Below are positions 22,320 through 33,643 of a stretch of DNA of 40,816 nucleotides, one piece after another. The translations under genes and the position numbers were made by a program. The stretch comes from Paramoeba atlantica (lineage: Eukaryota; Protista; Discosea). Numbering within the stretch: position 1 is the stretch's first letter; the number at the start of each line of letters is the position of its first letter. The notes beneath the pieces are model-generated. The model had not been told where the DNA came from, did not search any database, and saw nothing but the letters and a program-made list of their open reading frames with translations. The DNA lies in the NCBI GenBank assembly GCA_977017575.1, contig CDRNVI010000227.1, positions 1 through 40,816 of the forward strand, written 5' to 3'.

Positions 22320-23834
22320 TTATAATAACGATCGTTGACGAAATTGGCGTTGCCATGTTATGCCAACTAATAGCAATAGACCACAGCCAAATAAGATTGG
22401 CCACAAACCAAGGCGAAGCCATGGGGTAGTGCCTTGCATCGAGATAAAATGTGGTTTGCAAAATCCCTGATTGATGATCGGGAATGCGTGTATGGATTTG
22501 TCCTTGCGGGTTGATCACAGCAGTCTGACCGTTATTAGTTGCAGATAATACATAACGCCCAGTTTCTAATGCCCTTATTTGTGCAATTTGTAATTGTTGC
22601 CAACTGGCAATTGACTCTCCGAACCAACTATCGTCACTTAGTACGACCAGTGCAGCTGCCTGTTGAGCGGAATCACGTACTAATTGTGCATAAGCAATTT
22701 CATAACAAATAAATACAGCGAGTGGCGTATTACTAGCCATTATTGGTGCTTGTTGGATTGGTCCACTGGCAAAATCGAAAATTGCAATGGCAAAGAAACC
22801 AATAATATCACGTAACCAATTACCAAAAGGAACGTATTCACCAAAAGGGACCAAGTGTCGTTTTAAGTAAATCCCAGTGTGTTTTCCTAAAGCAAGCGCG
22901 CCATTGTAATATGTGGTTGAGTACGCAATAGGTAATCCTGCAATCAATGTTGTATTAGATGCAATCGCATGTTGGCGTAATTGTTTGAGTAGTGATGTTG
23001 CTTGGGTGTCTGGTATTGGAATCGCATTTTCCGGCCAAATGATTAATTGGCTGTTTGACCACAGTGGCTTTGTTAAGCGTTGATACTTATTAATGTTAAT
23101 CGCAATATGATTTGGATCCCATTTATTTTCACGCGTAATATTACCTTGTACCAAGCTGACGTGTAATGCTGTATTGTCAGGTGTTGTCCAGTGAATCAAA
23201 CTGAGTTGATGACCAATAATACCGAGCCCACACACAATGCTGAATAATAAAAGGCGTACTTGCCATGAGCGATAGTAACTTAACAATAAACATAAACTAA
23301 TCATGACACATAACCAAGATACGCCATATACGCCTAATATTGGCATAAATCCACGCAGCGGGCTGTGCAATTGACTTTGTCCGAGTAGTACCAAGGAAAG
23401 CCTGTTAGTACATAACTACGTATGAATTCTAATAATACCCATATACTGGGAACACCTAGCAAGCTACTTATATGATTAAACTGTGGGAATAACCGTTTGC
23501 TAAGATAACCGGTAATAGCGGGAGCTATGCTGAGCAACAACACAAACAACGCAGTGATGAGTGTGGCAATGATAGCATTGGTATTCCCATAACGATGAAT
23601 GCTAATAAAGATCCATGAAACTGATGTTGAAAAGAACCCAATCCCAAATAATAAACCGCGCCAACTTGCACGCCACGGTGTTGCGTTGAGCCATAGACTA
23701 AATAACCATGTCAGTGAAATAAATGATACATACCATGCAGAAAATGGTGCAAATGCCAATGTTAAACAAGCACCTGCTAATAAGCTGAGTAAGTCAACGG
23801 ATTGATGGTGGGACAATAGGGTTATTGGTTTCAT
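22320..23834 (-). CDS. lnt: Apolipoprotein N-acyltransferase (frameshifts near 23390 and 22440)
   Basis: LAFAPF, GFPW, VQGNI, IIWPENA, KRHLVPFGEYVP, ICYEIA and RALETGR motifs. The corrected C-terminus is MQGTTPWLRLG...QRSLL*. Confidence 0.93.
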
Positions 23835-23976
23835 AATGTTGGTTGTCATGTTAGTCATATAATAACAGTTGGCCTTAATCAAATAATTCAGTTAAGATTT
23901 AATCTCATTACTCAAGCTGGGATTTTACTAAACATAGTAGGATTATACCCATCTTACTTCAAGTTAACAGGAAGTT

Positions 23977-24649
23977 TTGTTTATGTTAGCAGCAGTTTGG
24001 TTAGGACTTATTCTAATCTCGGTATTAGTCGGAGCGTATACTGGCCAATTATCTGCTGTGGTACATGCAGTAACTGATTCAATTGAATTGGCAGTGAAAA
24101 TTGGTTTGAGTCTAATGGGGATCATCGTATTTTGGACTGGGATCTTGCGCATTGGTCAAGAGGCTGGATTAGTTGAACAAATTAGCCGTTTGGCAATGCC
24201 ATTACTGCGCCGTTTATTTCCTGACATACCGAACGATCATCCTGCAATGGGCGCCAATCGTACTTAATTTAGTTGCCAATATGTTAGGGTTAAATAATGC
24301 AGCGACTCCATTTGGGTTACAAGCAATGGCACAATTGGAAACATTAAATCGTTTCCCAGGGGTGGCAAGTAATGCCATGTGTATGTTTCTAGCAATTAAT
24401 ACTTCTAATGTGCAACTGCTTCCTGTAACAGCGATTGCATTTTTAGTCGCAGCAGGTGCAACACATCCTACTGACATTGTGATTACGTCGTTATTTGCTA
24501 CCAGTTGTTCTACAATCGCAGCAATTATTGCTGTAAAAGTGCTGCAAAATTGTCGTTGGTTTCGTTTGCCAATACAACCTAACCATCAAGCTGAAACAAA
24601 TGCCGCTGTTAATGAGAATATGAAATCAGCTGAAGAGAAACTCTCATAA
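23977..24649 (+). CDS. spmA: SpmA-like nucleoside-recognition (gate) domain membrane protein (one frameshift near 24260)
   Basis: FWTGILRIGQEAGL, LFPDIPNDHPAMG, ANMLGLNNAATPFGLQAM and MFLAINTS motifs. Confidence 0.85.
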
Positions 24650-25172
24650 TGCGTTTACTAGCAGATAGTATCTTCTTATTGTTTGTCGCAGGTATCCCGT
24701 TGTGGGGTGCGATAAAACGAGTTGCTATTTACGATGTGTTTATCATGGGCGCTAAAGATGGACTAGATACTGTCATAAAAGTATTTCCTTATTTATTAGC
24801 GATGTTAGTTGCCATTGGGATGTTTCGTGCATCTGGTGCAGTTGATTTATTAGCAGATGCATTATCACCATTGCTGCAAAAATAGGGATGCCAAGTGATG
24901 TCTTACCATTAGCGATATTACGTTCTTTTTCAAGTAGTGCTGGGCATAGCATACTCGCTGATATCGCACAGCAGCACGGAGGCGATGGTTATGTATCTTA
25001 TCTAGCAGCAACAATGATGGGGAGCACCGAAACAACATTTTATGTGGTGGCTGTGTATTTTAGTGCAGCCAGTATTCAACGTACACGTCATGCTATTCCA
25101 GCAGGATTATTTGCTGATTTAGTTAGCGTATTTGCATCGATTTGGATTTGTCACTGGTTTTTCCTATCTTGA
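24649..25172 (+). CDS. spmB: SpmB-like membrane protein (one frameshift near 24882)
   Basis: YDVFIMGAKDG, PYLLAMLVAIGMFRASGA, GSTETTFYVVAVYF and RTRHAIPAGL motifs. An A is missing in the A-run at 24878-24883. Confidence 0.85.
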
Positions 25173-26024
25173 TGATGACTTATATTATAGATAAGTTGTA
25201 AATCACAAATACGTCTACCATCTGCTTTTTTAATTTCAAATTGTAACTTATCAATGGTAACACGTTCACCGATTATAGGAACATGGCCCGAGTTTTTGTA
25301 AGATAAGTCCACCAATGGTATCAAATGTACTGTCATCAAAGTCAGTAGCAAAGTAATTATTAAATTCGTCAATTGGTGTTGTTGCTGAAATATTGAAGAG
25401 TTGCTCGCCTATTTTAGTAATGCATTTATCGTTTATTTCATCACTATCATATTCATCTTCAATATTACCTACAATTTGTTCTAAGATATCTTCAATAGTG
25501 ACTAAACCAGCGACACTACCATATTCATCTAATACAATTGCCATATGATTGTGATTTAAACGAAATTCTTTAAGCAAACTGTCTAACCGTTTACTTTCTG
25601 GTACATAAATACAGGGACGTAAACTATCGACAATATTAAAATCACTTTCTTCTGCTTGATGAAACACGTATTTTAATAATTCTTTTGCTAGTAGAATACC
25701 AATCACTTCATCTTTGCTGTCAGCAATTACTGGAAAGCGGGAATGGCCTGATTCAATGACCGTTGGTAGAAACGTTTCAGGATTTTGTTTTTGTTCAACA
25801 ACAACCATTTGTGAGCGTGTGATCATAATATCACGCACATGCATGTCTGATATTTGCAGCACACCTTCAATCATATCCAATGCTTGGGCATCTAATAATT
25901 GACGTGTTTCGGCGTTACGCAATACATTAATTAATTGTTGTCTGTCTTGTGGTTTACGTAGTAAAACCTGGCTAAGGCGTTCAAGCCATGATTTGGATGT
26001 TTTATTGGCAGTTTCATCTGACAT
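25151..26024 (-). CDS. corC: CBS-domain Mg/Co efflux protein CorC (one frameshift near 25270)
   Basis: MIEGVLQISDMHVRDIMI, SGHSRFPV, YVPESKRLDSLL, DEYGSVAGLVTIEDILEQIVG and FDTIGG motifs. Confidence 0.93.
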
Positions 26025-26044
26025 CGTAGTGTATAACTCCTGTA

Positions 26045-26524
26045 TTACTGAATATTGTTACGATCTTGATAAGGATTAGCAATAGTTAATTTGGCAAGAA
26101 TAGCAATTTCTAACGATTCCATTTCAGTAGCTTGTTTTGTCGTTTTGTGATCATAGCCACACAAGTGTAACGTACTATGTACAGCTAAATGTGCCCAATG
26201 ATCAATCAGTGGTTTATGTTGTATTTTTGCTTCTGTTTCAACAACAGATGCACACATGACCAAATCACCTAATAGTAAATAGGGGGTATCAATATCCGGC
26301 ATCCCATCAAAGGCAAATGCTAAAACGTTTGTCGTGCCTTGTTTATGTCGATATGTTTGATTTAATTGTGCCATTTCATCTGTATCAACGATGCGAATAT
26401 TGATTTCAACAGGGTTATTATGATCGATTAAAGCAGCATGGCACCAGCGGTTAAATTCGAAGATGCTAGGAACATCTGGTGCAGAAGTTACATTCTGTAA
26501 CGTAATATGATGATGCACGCTCAC
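26045..26524 (-). CDS. ybeY: rRNA maturation endoribonuclease YbeY
   Basis: [24 protein letters not shown] and [15 protein letters not shown] motifs. Confidence 0.95.
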   Translation of the reverse strand: MSVHHHITLQNVTSAPDVPSIFEFNRWCHAALIDHNNPVEINIRIVDTDEMAQLNQTYRHKQGTTNVLAFAFDGMPDIDTPYLLLGDLVMCASVVETEAKIQHKPLIDHWAHLAVHSTLHLCGYDHKTTKQATEMESLEIAILAKLTIANPYQDRNNIQ

Positions 26525-26919
26525 GGTTTTCTCCGTTGTGCCTTAGCCGATTGTTCATCATAACGGGTATATGCTTCAACAATTGTTCTAACTAATACGT
26601 GACGTATAACATCATGCGTCTGGAAAAAGGTAAATTTAATCGAGTCGATGTTTTGCAATACTGCAACCGCATGGCGTAAACCTGATTGTTGGTTAGTAGG
26701 TAAATCGATTTGTGTAATATCCCCAGTAACAACCAGCTTGGTCCCGAACCCAAGGCGAGTCAGTAGCATTTTCATCTGTTCAGTTGTCGTGTTTTGTGCT
26801 TCATCCAGAATAACAAATGCATCATTTAAAGTGCGTCCTCGCATGTAAGCTAATGGAGCAACTTCAATAATATTATTTTCAGTGTGTTTAGCAGTTTGTT
26901 CTAAGCCTAACATGTCATA
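26521..26919 (-). CDS. phoH: PhoH family ATPase (YbeZ), C-terminal part only; N-terminus cut off by the junction
   Basis: YDMLG...[28 protein letters not shown]...[10 protein letters not shown]...DVIRH. Similarity stops upstream of the Tyr codon at 26917-26919, and the Walker A region is absent. Confidence 0.93.
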   Translation of the reverse strand, partial: YDMLGLEQTAKHTENNIIEVAPLAYMRGRTLNDAFVILDEAQNTTTEQMKMLLTRLGFGTKLVVTGDITQIDLPTNQQSGLRHAVAVLQNIDSIKFTFFQTHDVIRHVLVRTIVEAYTRYDEQSAKAQRRKP

Positions 26920-26921
26920 TG
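26912..26921. other. Bacterial / mitochondrial junction
   Basis: GC count is 20/60 on line 26821-26880 and 1/60 on line 26941-27000. phoH is truncated here, and the coding strand and genetic code both switch. Confidence 0.92.
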
Positions 26922-29900
26922 AAATAAAAAATTTCAATCTTAATTTAATAATAAATATTTATTATTTAATGAATAAATTTTTTAAATTTAATATTAATAA
27001 AAAATTTTATAAATTAGAGTATTTAAATAATAAATATTTATTATTGAATTTAAATAATTCTAAATCGTTTTTTGTTATAAAAGATAATTATAAAAATTTT
27101 TATAATAATTTTTTTCAAAATTCTTTTATGAATTTTTTAGATTGTAATAAAAAATTTATATATAATAGAAAGTTAAGGTATAAAAATTATAATTTTTTAT
27201 TATCATATAAAAATAAATTAAGAAAAAAATTGTTTTTAAAGCAAACTCGTTTTAATAATATAGATAATGAAGATTTTTTAAATTTTGGACCAGAAAATGG
27301 TTTATATTTTCAAACTATAAGTAATAGTTTTAGAAAGAAAAGAGAAGAAAAGAGAAGAAGAAAACAACAATTATTTCATTATAATAATAATATAATAAAA
27401 AAAACTATTTTTTTAAAAAAAGGTCAAGTATTTTTAGGTTATAATTTTAAGTCTTTATCAAAATTAAATTTATTTAATTTAGATTATATAAAATTTAATA
27501 ATAATTTTTATATAAGAAAAAAATATTGTCTTGAAAAGAATAAAAAAAATTTATTTTTATTATTTAGAAAAGAAAATTTATTAAAATATTATAATAAAAA
27601 ATATTTAAAATATAAAAAATTTAATATAAAAAATTTTTATAATAATTATTATTTTTTATTTAAAAAATTATTGTATAAAAAAATAAAAATAAATTATATA
27701 GAAAGAGAAAAATTTTAATTAAAAAAAAATTTAAAAATAAATTATATAATTATAATTTATTTTTAAATAAACTAAATTTATTTAAAAATAAAAAAGAAAA
27801 GAGAAATTTATTTAATATTAGATATAATTTTTTTTATAAAATATATAATATTAATTTATGAAAAAAATATAAAAGAAAAGAGAAATTTTTAGATTATATA
27901 AAAAGAATAAAAAATAACTTTTATTCTTTAAAATTATATAAAAGAAAAGAAAAAAGAATAAAATTATATAATTATTCATATTTAATTAAAAGAAAAAAAT
28001 TATTAAATTATAATTTTTTATATTTTATAAAAAATTTATATATTAATAGTATTTATAATAATATTAAAAATAAATTTTTATATAAAAATTATAAAAAATT
28101 TTATATAATGAATAAATTTTTATATACTATTAATTCGAATATTGATTATAAAATATTAAAAATATTTTTAATAATATTAAATAATATTAAATTATTAAAT
28201 AATTATAAAATTTCTAAAAATGTTAAAAATTTCTTTTTTAAGAATAGTTTTAATAACATATTAAAAAAAAGAAATTGAAAACAAATAAATAAATATTTAT
28301 ATTTTCGTATTTTTAATAAATATAATTATAATAAAATTAATAATTATAAATATAAAAAGAAAAAATTAAAAAATTTATAAATATAAAAAGAAAAAATTCA
28401 AAATTTTTTATTATTAAAAAAATCAACAACAAAAGAAAAAAAAATATATAAATTTGATAAATTTTTTTATAATATTTCTTTAAATTTAATTAAATTAAAT
28501 AAATTACATAAAAAAAAGGGAATAAAGAAAAAAAATTATTTTAATAATAATAAAAATATGAAATCTTTAATAAATTATTATATTTACAATTATAATAATA
28601 AAGATTTATTGAATTTTAATATTTATAATTATAATTGTAAATATAATAAATTTAATAAAGATTATTGTTCTCATAAATATAAAAATTTTAAAGTTTATAA
28701 ATATAAAAATTTTATATTTAATAGTTATGAATTAGATTATTACGATATAATAAATAAATTTCATAAAAAAAAATGAAATTTTTATATTATAAATGAAAAA
28801 GAAAAGAATGATTTATATTATAAATGAAAATCTATAAAGATACCTTATAATAATTTTTTAGTATTTTCTTGTAATATTAATTGTGAAAATTATTTAATAA
28901 AAGTTTTAACTAAGATTAAAAAGAATTATATTTTTTATTCAAAAAATTTATTAAATAATAATTCAATTATATCTAAAAGAAAAGAGAATAAAAGTTTAAA
29001 AAAGAGAAATTTTATATCTTATAATTGTAATTTAATTGATAATTTAAAATTAAATAAAAGAAAAGAGAAAAATTTAAAATCTTGAACTTATTATTTATTT
29101 ATAAATAATAATTTAATAAAAGAAAAGAGAAAAATAATTTTAAAACCAATAAAAGAAAAAAAAAATATTAAAAACTCAATTTGTTTATGAAAAAAAAGAA
29201 ATTGATTTATAAATAAATCTTTTACTCAGAAGAGTTCATATTTAAAATTTTATAATAGAAAGAAGAAAGTATTTATATTAATTCAAAAAAATAATTTAAA
29301 GAAAAGAGAAAAAAAATTATTAAATTTATATTTAACAGGAAAAAAGAGAAGATTCTATAGGTATAATAATATTACATCTTTTTTTTTAAATTATAAGTTT
29401 ATTAATAATAATAAAACATTATTATTTAAACAAATGAAAAAAAAATTAAAAATTTTATTTAAAAAAGGTTTATTTAAAAAAAGTAGTATGTATTTTTTTA
29501 GAAGAACATTATTAGTAGAATATCCTAAATGATCATTAATAAAAGAAAATTATTTTAAACGTAATGAAGATAATATAATGTCGTATTTATCAAAATATAT
29601 ACATTTTAAAATTTATAATATATATAGAAAAATATATAATATTGATTTATTATTTTTAAAACGAATTAATCAATATAAAAATTTTAGTAAACTAAATTAT
29701 TCAAAAATTTTAATTAATATTAGAAGTAATTTGTTACAATATTTTTATAACAAAAATAAGACTTTCAAAAGTTTTATTAAAAATAAAGTTTACTATAATA
29801 AATTTTTAGTAAAAAATGTATCAATAAAAAATTATATATTATTTAATAATATTAATGATTATACTAATAATTATAAAAATATAAATAATTTGAAATATAA

Positions 29901-30222
29901 TAATTCTATATATAGTTATTATAAATATTTTTTAAAATTAGTATTATTTAATAATTTGATTTTAAAAAATAATTATACTAAAAAAATAAATTGTGATATT
30001 AGTTTATTTATTACTAAATTTATGAAAAATTTAAATATAATATATAAGTATATATATAGTATTAAGTATTCAAATAAAAAAAATTTAAATTATTATTCAA
30101 AATTAAATGAAATAAATTTTTTTAATAATATTTATGACTATGATTATAGTTTATTAAATAATAATAGCTTAATAAATTATAAATTAAATACTGTTACTTT
30201 ATTAAATTCTAAAAAATATTAA
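26912..30222 (+). CDS. Unassigned very large K/N/Y/F-rich mitochondrial ORF (about 1,100 codons, TGA=Trp, apparent frameshifts near 27715 and 28375-28400)
   Basis: 26912-27718 is open. A shifted frame stays open from about 27716 to 28380. 28558-30222 is one uninterrupted frame when TGA=Trp (the track ORFs at 28558 and 29578 are in phase). I recognise no ribosomal-protein motif. Confidence 0.55.
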
Positions 30223-30460
30223 TTAAATAATATTTAATTAATAAATTTAAAAAGAAATTTTTAAATTTGAATATTATTATTAATTTGAATAATAATAATA
30301 TTTTTAAAATAAGGTAAAAAGAAAAAAATATTTTTATCTTATATATGTTTGCACCTTCAAGATGTTGTATAGAAAAAGAAAGAAAAGAATAAACGTGAAA
30401 AAATGATTAAGAAAATTATTTAGTAATTAAATTATAGTAATAAAAAAAAAAATTATTATT

Positions 30461-30841
30461 ATGCCACAATTAGATTTAGGAATTTTATTTTTAGAATTAG
30501 TTTTAAATTTTATATTTTTTTGATTAATTTATATTTATTATGCAAGATATATATTCCCTTTAATAAATAAAACTATTAAATTAAGAAAATATAAATTAAA
30601 ATCTATAATAAAAAGATTATTATTATTAGAATCAAATATTTTATTTATTATAAAATTAAATTTAAGTATTTTATTAAATAATAATTTTTTATTAAATAAA
30701 TTTGTTGTTTTATTAAAATCTAAAATTAATAATATTAAAATTATTATTTTTAGTAAATTATATATATTAGGTTTAAATTTCTTAAAAAAAGAATCTTTAT
30801 TAAATAAAAAATATTTTATAATAAAAACAATATATAAATAA
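30461..30841 (+). CDS. atp8: ATP synthase F0 subunit 8 (mitochondrial), 126 aa
   Basis: Starts MPQLD, then one TM helix with an in-frame TGA (Trp) and a basic tail. TAATG overlap with cob. Absent from the ORF track because of the TGA. Confidence 0.85.
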
Positions 30842-31987
30842 TGAGATTAGTTAAAAAAGATATTTTTGTAAATGCATTTTATAATGCTTTAGTAGTTTAT
30901 CCAGCTCCTGTTAATATAACTTATGCTTGAAATTTAGGAGTTAGTGCTGGTTTGTTTTTAATTATTCAGATTTTAACAGGTGTTATTTTAGCTATGTATT
31001 ATACACCTAATGCTGATTTAGCTTTTGCTAGTGTTAGACATATAGTTAATGATGTACATTTTGGTGATATGCTAAGAATGTACCATGCTAGTGGATCATC
31101 AGTTTTTTTTTGTAATATATTTACATGTATTTAGAGGTTTATATTATGGTTCATATACTTATCCTAGACAATTTGTATGAGTATCTGGTGTTATAATATT
31201 ATTAATTATGATTATAACAGCTTTTGTAGGTTATGTTTTACCTTGGGGTCAAATGAGTTTTTGAGCAGCAACTGTTATTACTAATTTAGTGTCAGTTATA
31301 CCTTTTGTAGGTAATGATATATTATTATGATTATGAGGTGGATTTTCTGTTGATGAAGCTACATTACATCGTTTTTTTAGTTTACATTATTTATTACCTT
31401 TTGTTATAGCAGCTTTAGCTGGAGTTCATATTATATTATTACATGAAGTTGGTTCTAATAATATATTAGGTATTAATCATAAGGTAGATCAAATACCATT
31501 TCATCCTTATTTTGTTTTTAAAGATTTATTTAGTTCATTATTATTATTATTTGGTTTTAATATGTATGCTATAAAACATACTCCAAGTATAATAGACGCA
31601 GATAATTATTTAGAAGCAAATCCTTTAGTAACACCCGTACATATCGTACCAGAATGATATTTTAAAGCTTTTTATGCAATTTTAAGATCTGTACCAGATA
31701 AAGCAGGTGGTTTTATCTTATTAGTTTTATCTATTATTGTTTTAATAATATTTCCATTTTATGTGAAAGCACCTATAGTTAGTGGTTATTTTAGACCTAT
31801 TTATAATTTAGGTTTTTGATTATTTATTATGGATTTTATTACATTAACCTGAATAGGAGGTAAACCTATAGAAGAACCTTATTATTTTATAGGTCAAATG
31901 GCTACAAGTTTTTATTTTATATATTTTATTATATTGTTACCTGTTATTGTTAAATTAGAAAAATCATTATATAAAAATATTACTTAA
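30841..31987 (+). CDS. cob: Apocytochrome b (mitochondrial); T-run near 31103-31111 appears 2 nt short
   Basis: YAWNLG, heme His motifs, [37 protein letters not shown] and PIEEPY, read with TGA=Trp. Confidence 0.97.
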
Positions 31988-31991
31988 ACAT

Positions 31992-32494
31992 ATGAATAAA
32001 ATTTTTAATTTTATAATTTTTTATATTTCTATATTATTTTTAGTTAATATGTTTTCAAATCATTTATTTTTTTTAATTCTGTTGGTAATTTATTAATTAT
32101 AATTATATTATTAATTATATCTTTATTTACTTTTTATATTTCTTCGTTAAAAAGTAATTTCTTAATTATAAAAAAAAATGAAATATATAAACAATATTAT
32201 TTAAAATTATTAAAACTATATTATATTTTTTATTTATATAAAAATATAATATTTCAAAATATTTTAATATCTACATTTCAAAATTATTATTTTAAATTTA
32301 TAATTTTATTTTATAATATTAATTTAAATATATTATTAAATTCTATATCAAATTTATATAGTTATTTATATAATAATTTTTTAAATACTTTTTATATTAA
32401 TAATTATTTTATATTTAGTATTAAATTTAAATTATTAAATCAAATAAACTATAAAAATTTTATTTTTAAAAAATATTTTACTATAAAAAAATAA
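31992..32494 (+). CDS. Mitochondrial membrane ORF of about 167 aa, possibly ATP synthase subunit b (atp4/ymf39); one frameshift near 32070
   Basis: ATG at 31992 and TAA at 32492-32494 are in frame if one T is added to the 8-T run near 32067-32074. Hydrophobic N-terminus, then a polar K/N-rich region. The assignment rests on size and hydropathy only. Confidence 0.45.
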
Positions 32495-32497
32495 TAT

Positions 32498-32854
32498 ATG
32501 AATTTTGAATATAGTATAATTATTATCTCTATATCATTAAGTATGATTATTTCTTTAGTATTATTTTCTATTATTTTACTTCTTATTTATTCAAAATTTG
32601 AGATAGAAAAAGTTTCAGCATATGAATGTGGTTTTCACCCTTTTGAAGATACTAGACATAATTTTAATGTAAGATTTTATTTAGTATCTATTTTATTTTT
32701 AATTTTTGATTTAGAAATAATATTTTTATTTCCATGATTGACTTTAGTTAATTTTTTAGGAACAAGTGGTTTTTTAGTAGTATTGATTTTTATTACTATA
32801 TTAACTATAGGTTTCATATATGAATGATTAAAAGGTGCTTTAACCTGAGAGTAA
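32498..32854 (+). CDS. nad3: NADH dehydrogenase subunit 3 (mitochondrial), 118 aa
   Basis: [34 protein letters not shown] and C-terminal YEWLKGALTWE*. Confidence 0.96.
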
Positions 32855-32872
32855 AAAATTATTTTATATATT

Positions 32873-33625
32873 ATGAATAAATTTTTTCAACCATTAGATC
32901 AATTTGATATATTTTCTTTATATATAAATTTTTATTTTAGTGATTTTTATATAACAAACTTATTTATATATTTATTTATTATTTTTTTTATAATAAATAT
33001 TATAACAAGTAATGTATTATTATCTAAATTAAATTTAGTTTATAAATCGTTATGACAATACATATATGAGAATTTTATATATTTATTTCCGTTAAATGTT
33101 TTAGTTACACAAGTAGGTAAAAGAGGTGAACCATATTTTGTTTATATAGCTAGCTTATTTTATTTTATATTAATAGCAAATTTTATTGGTTTAGTACCAA
33201 GTTCTTTTACTATTACAAGTCATATAATTTTAACATTTTTATTAGGATCAATTACTGTTATAGGATTAACTATAATAGGTTTTTTAAAACAAAAATTACA
33301 TTTTATACAGTTATTTATACCAAAAGGTGTTCCTAATATTTTATTACCTATGTTAATAGGTATCGAAGTTATTTCTTATATTGCAAGAGGTTTTAGTTTA
33401 TCTATACGGTTATTTGCAAATTTAATGTCGGGACATTCATTAATACATATTTTATTATTTTTTATTGTAAAAATATTAAAATTTAATTATATTATAGGTA
33501 TTTTAGGAATATTATTAATAACTGTAATTTTTTTATTAGAGTTTGGTATTTCATTTTTACAAGCTTATGTATTTATTGTTTTAGTTTCTATTTATTTAAA
33601 AGATTCTTACGAAGCTGGACATTAA
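32873..33625 (+). CDS. atp6: ATP synthase F0 subunit a (mitochondrial), 250 aa
   Basis: PLDQF, ANFIGLVP, IEVISYIARGFSLSIRLFANLMSGH and LQAYVF motifs. A single frame when TGA=Trp. Confidence 0.96.
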
Positions 33626-33643
33626 AAAACATTTATTTTAACA

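Noticed and set aside
26921-30460. CRISPR array or phage/plasmid AT-rich island
   Set aside because: There are no regularly spaced repeats with unique spacers and no cas or phage genes. The region is continuous with canonical mitochondrial genes.
30223-30460. Mitochondrial tRNA-Cys (TTGCA near 30349) or a small rps gene in the gap before atp8
   Set aside because: No cloverleaf stems can be formed and no frame gives a recognisable ribosomal-protein motif. It could be a frameshifted tail of the giant ORF, but I cannot support that.
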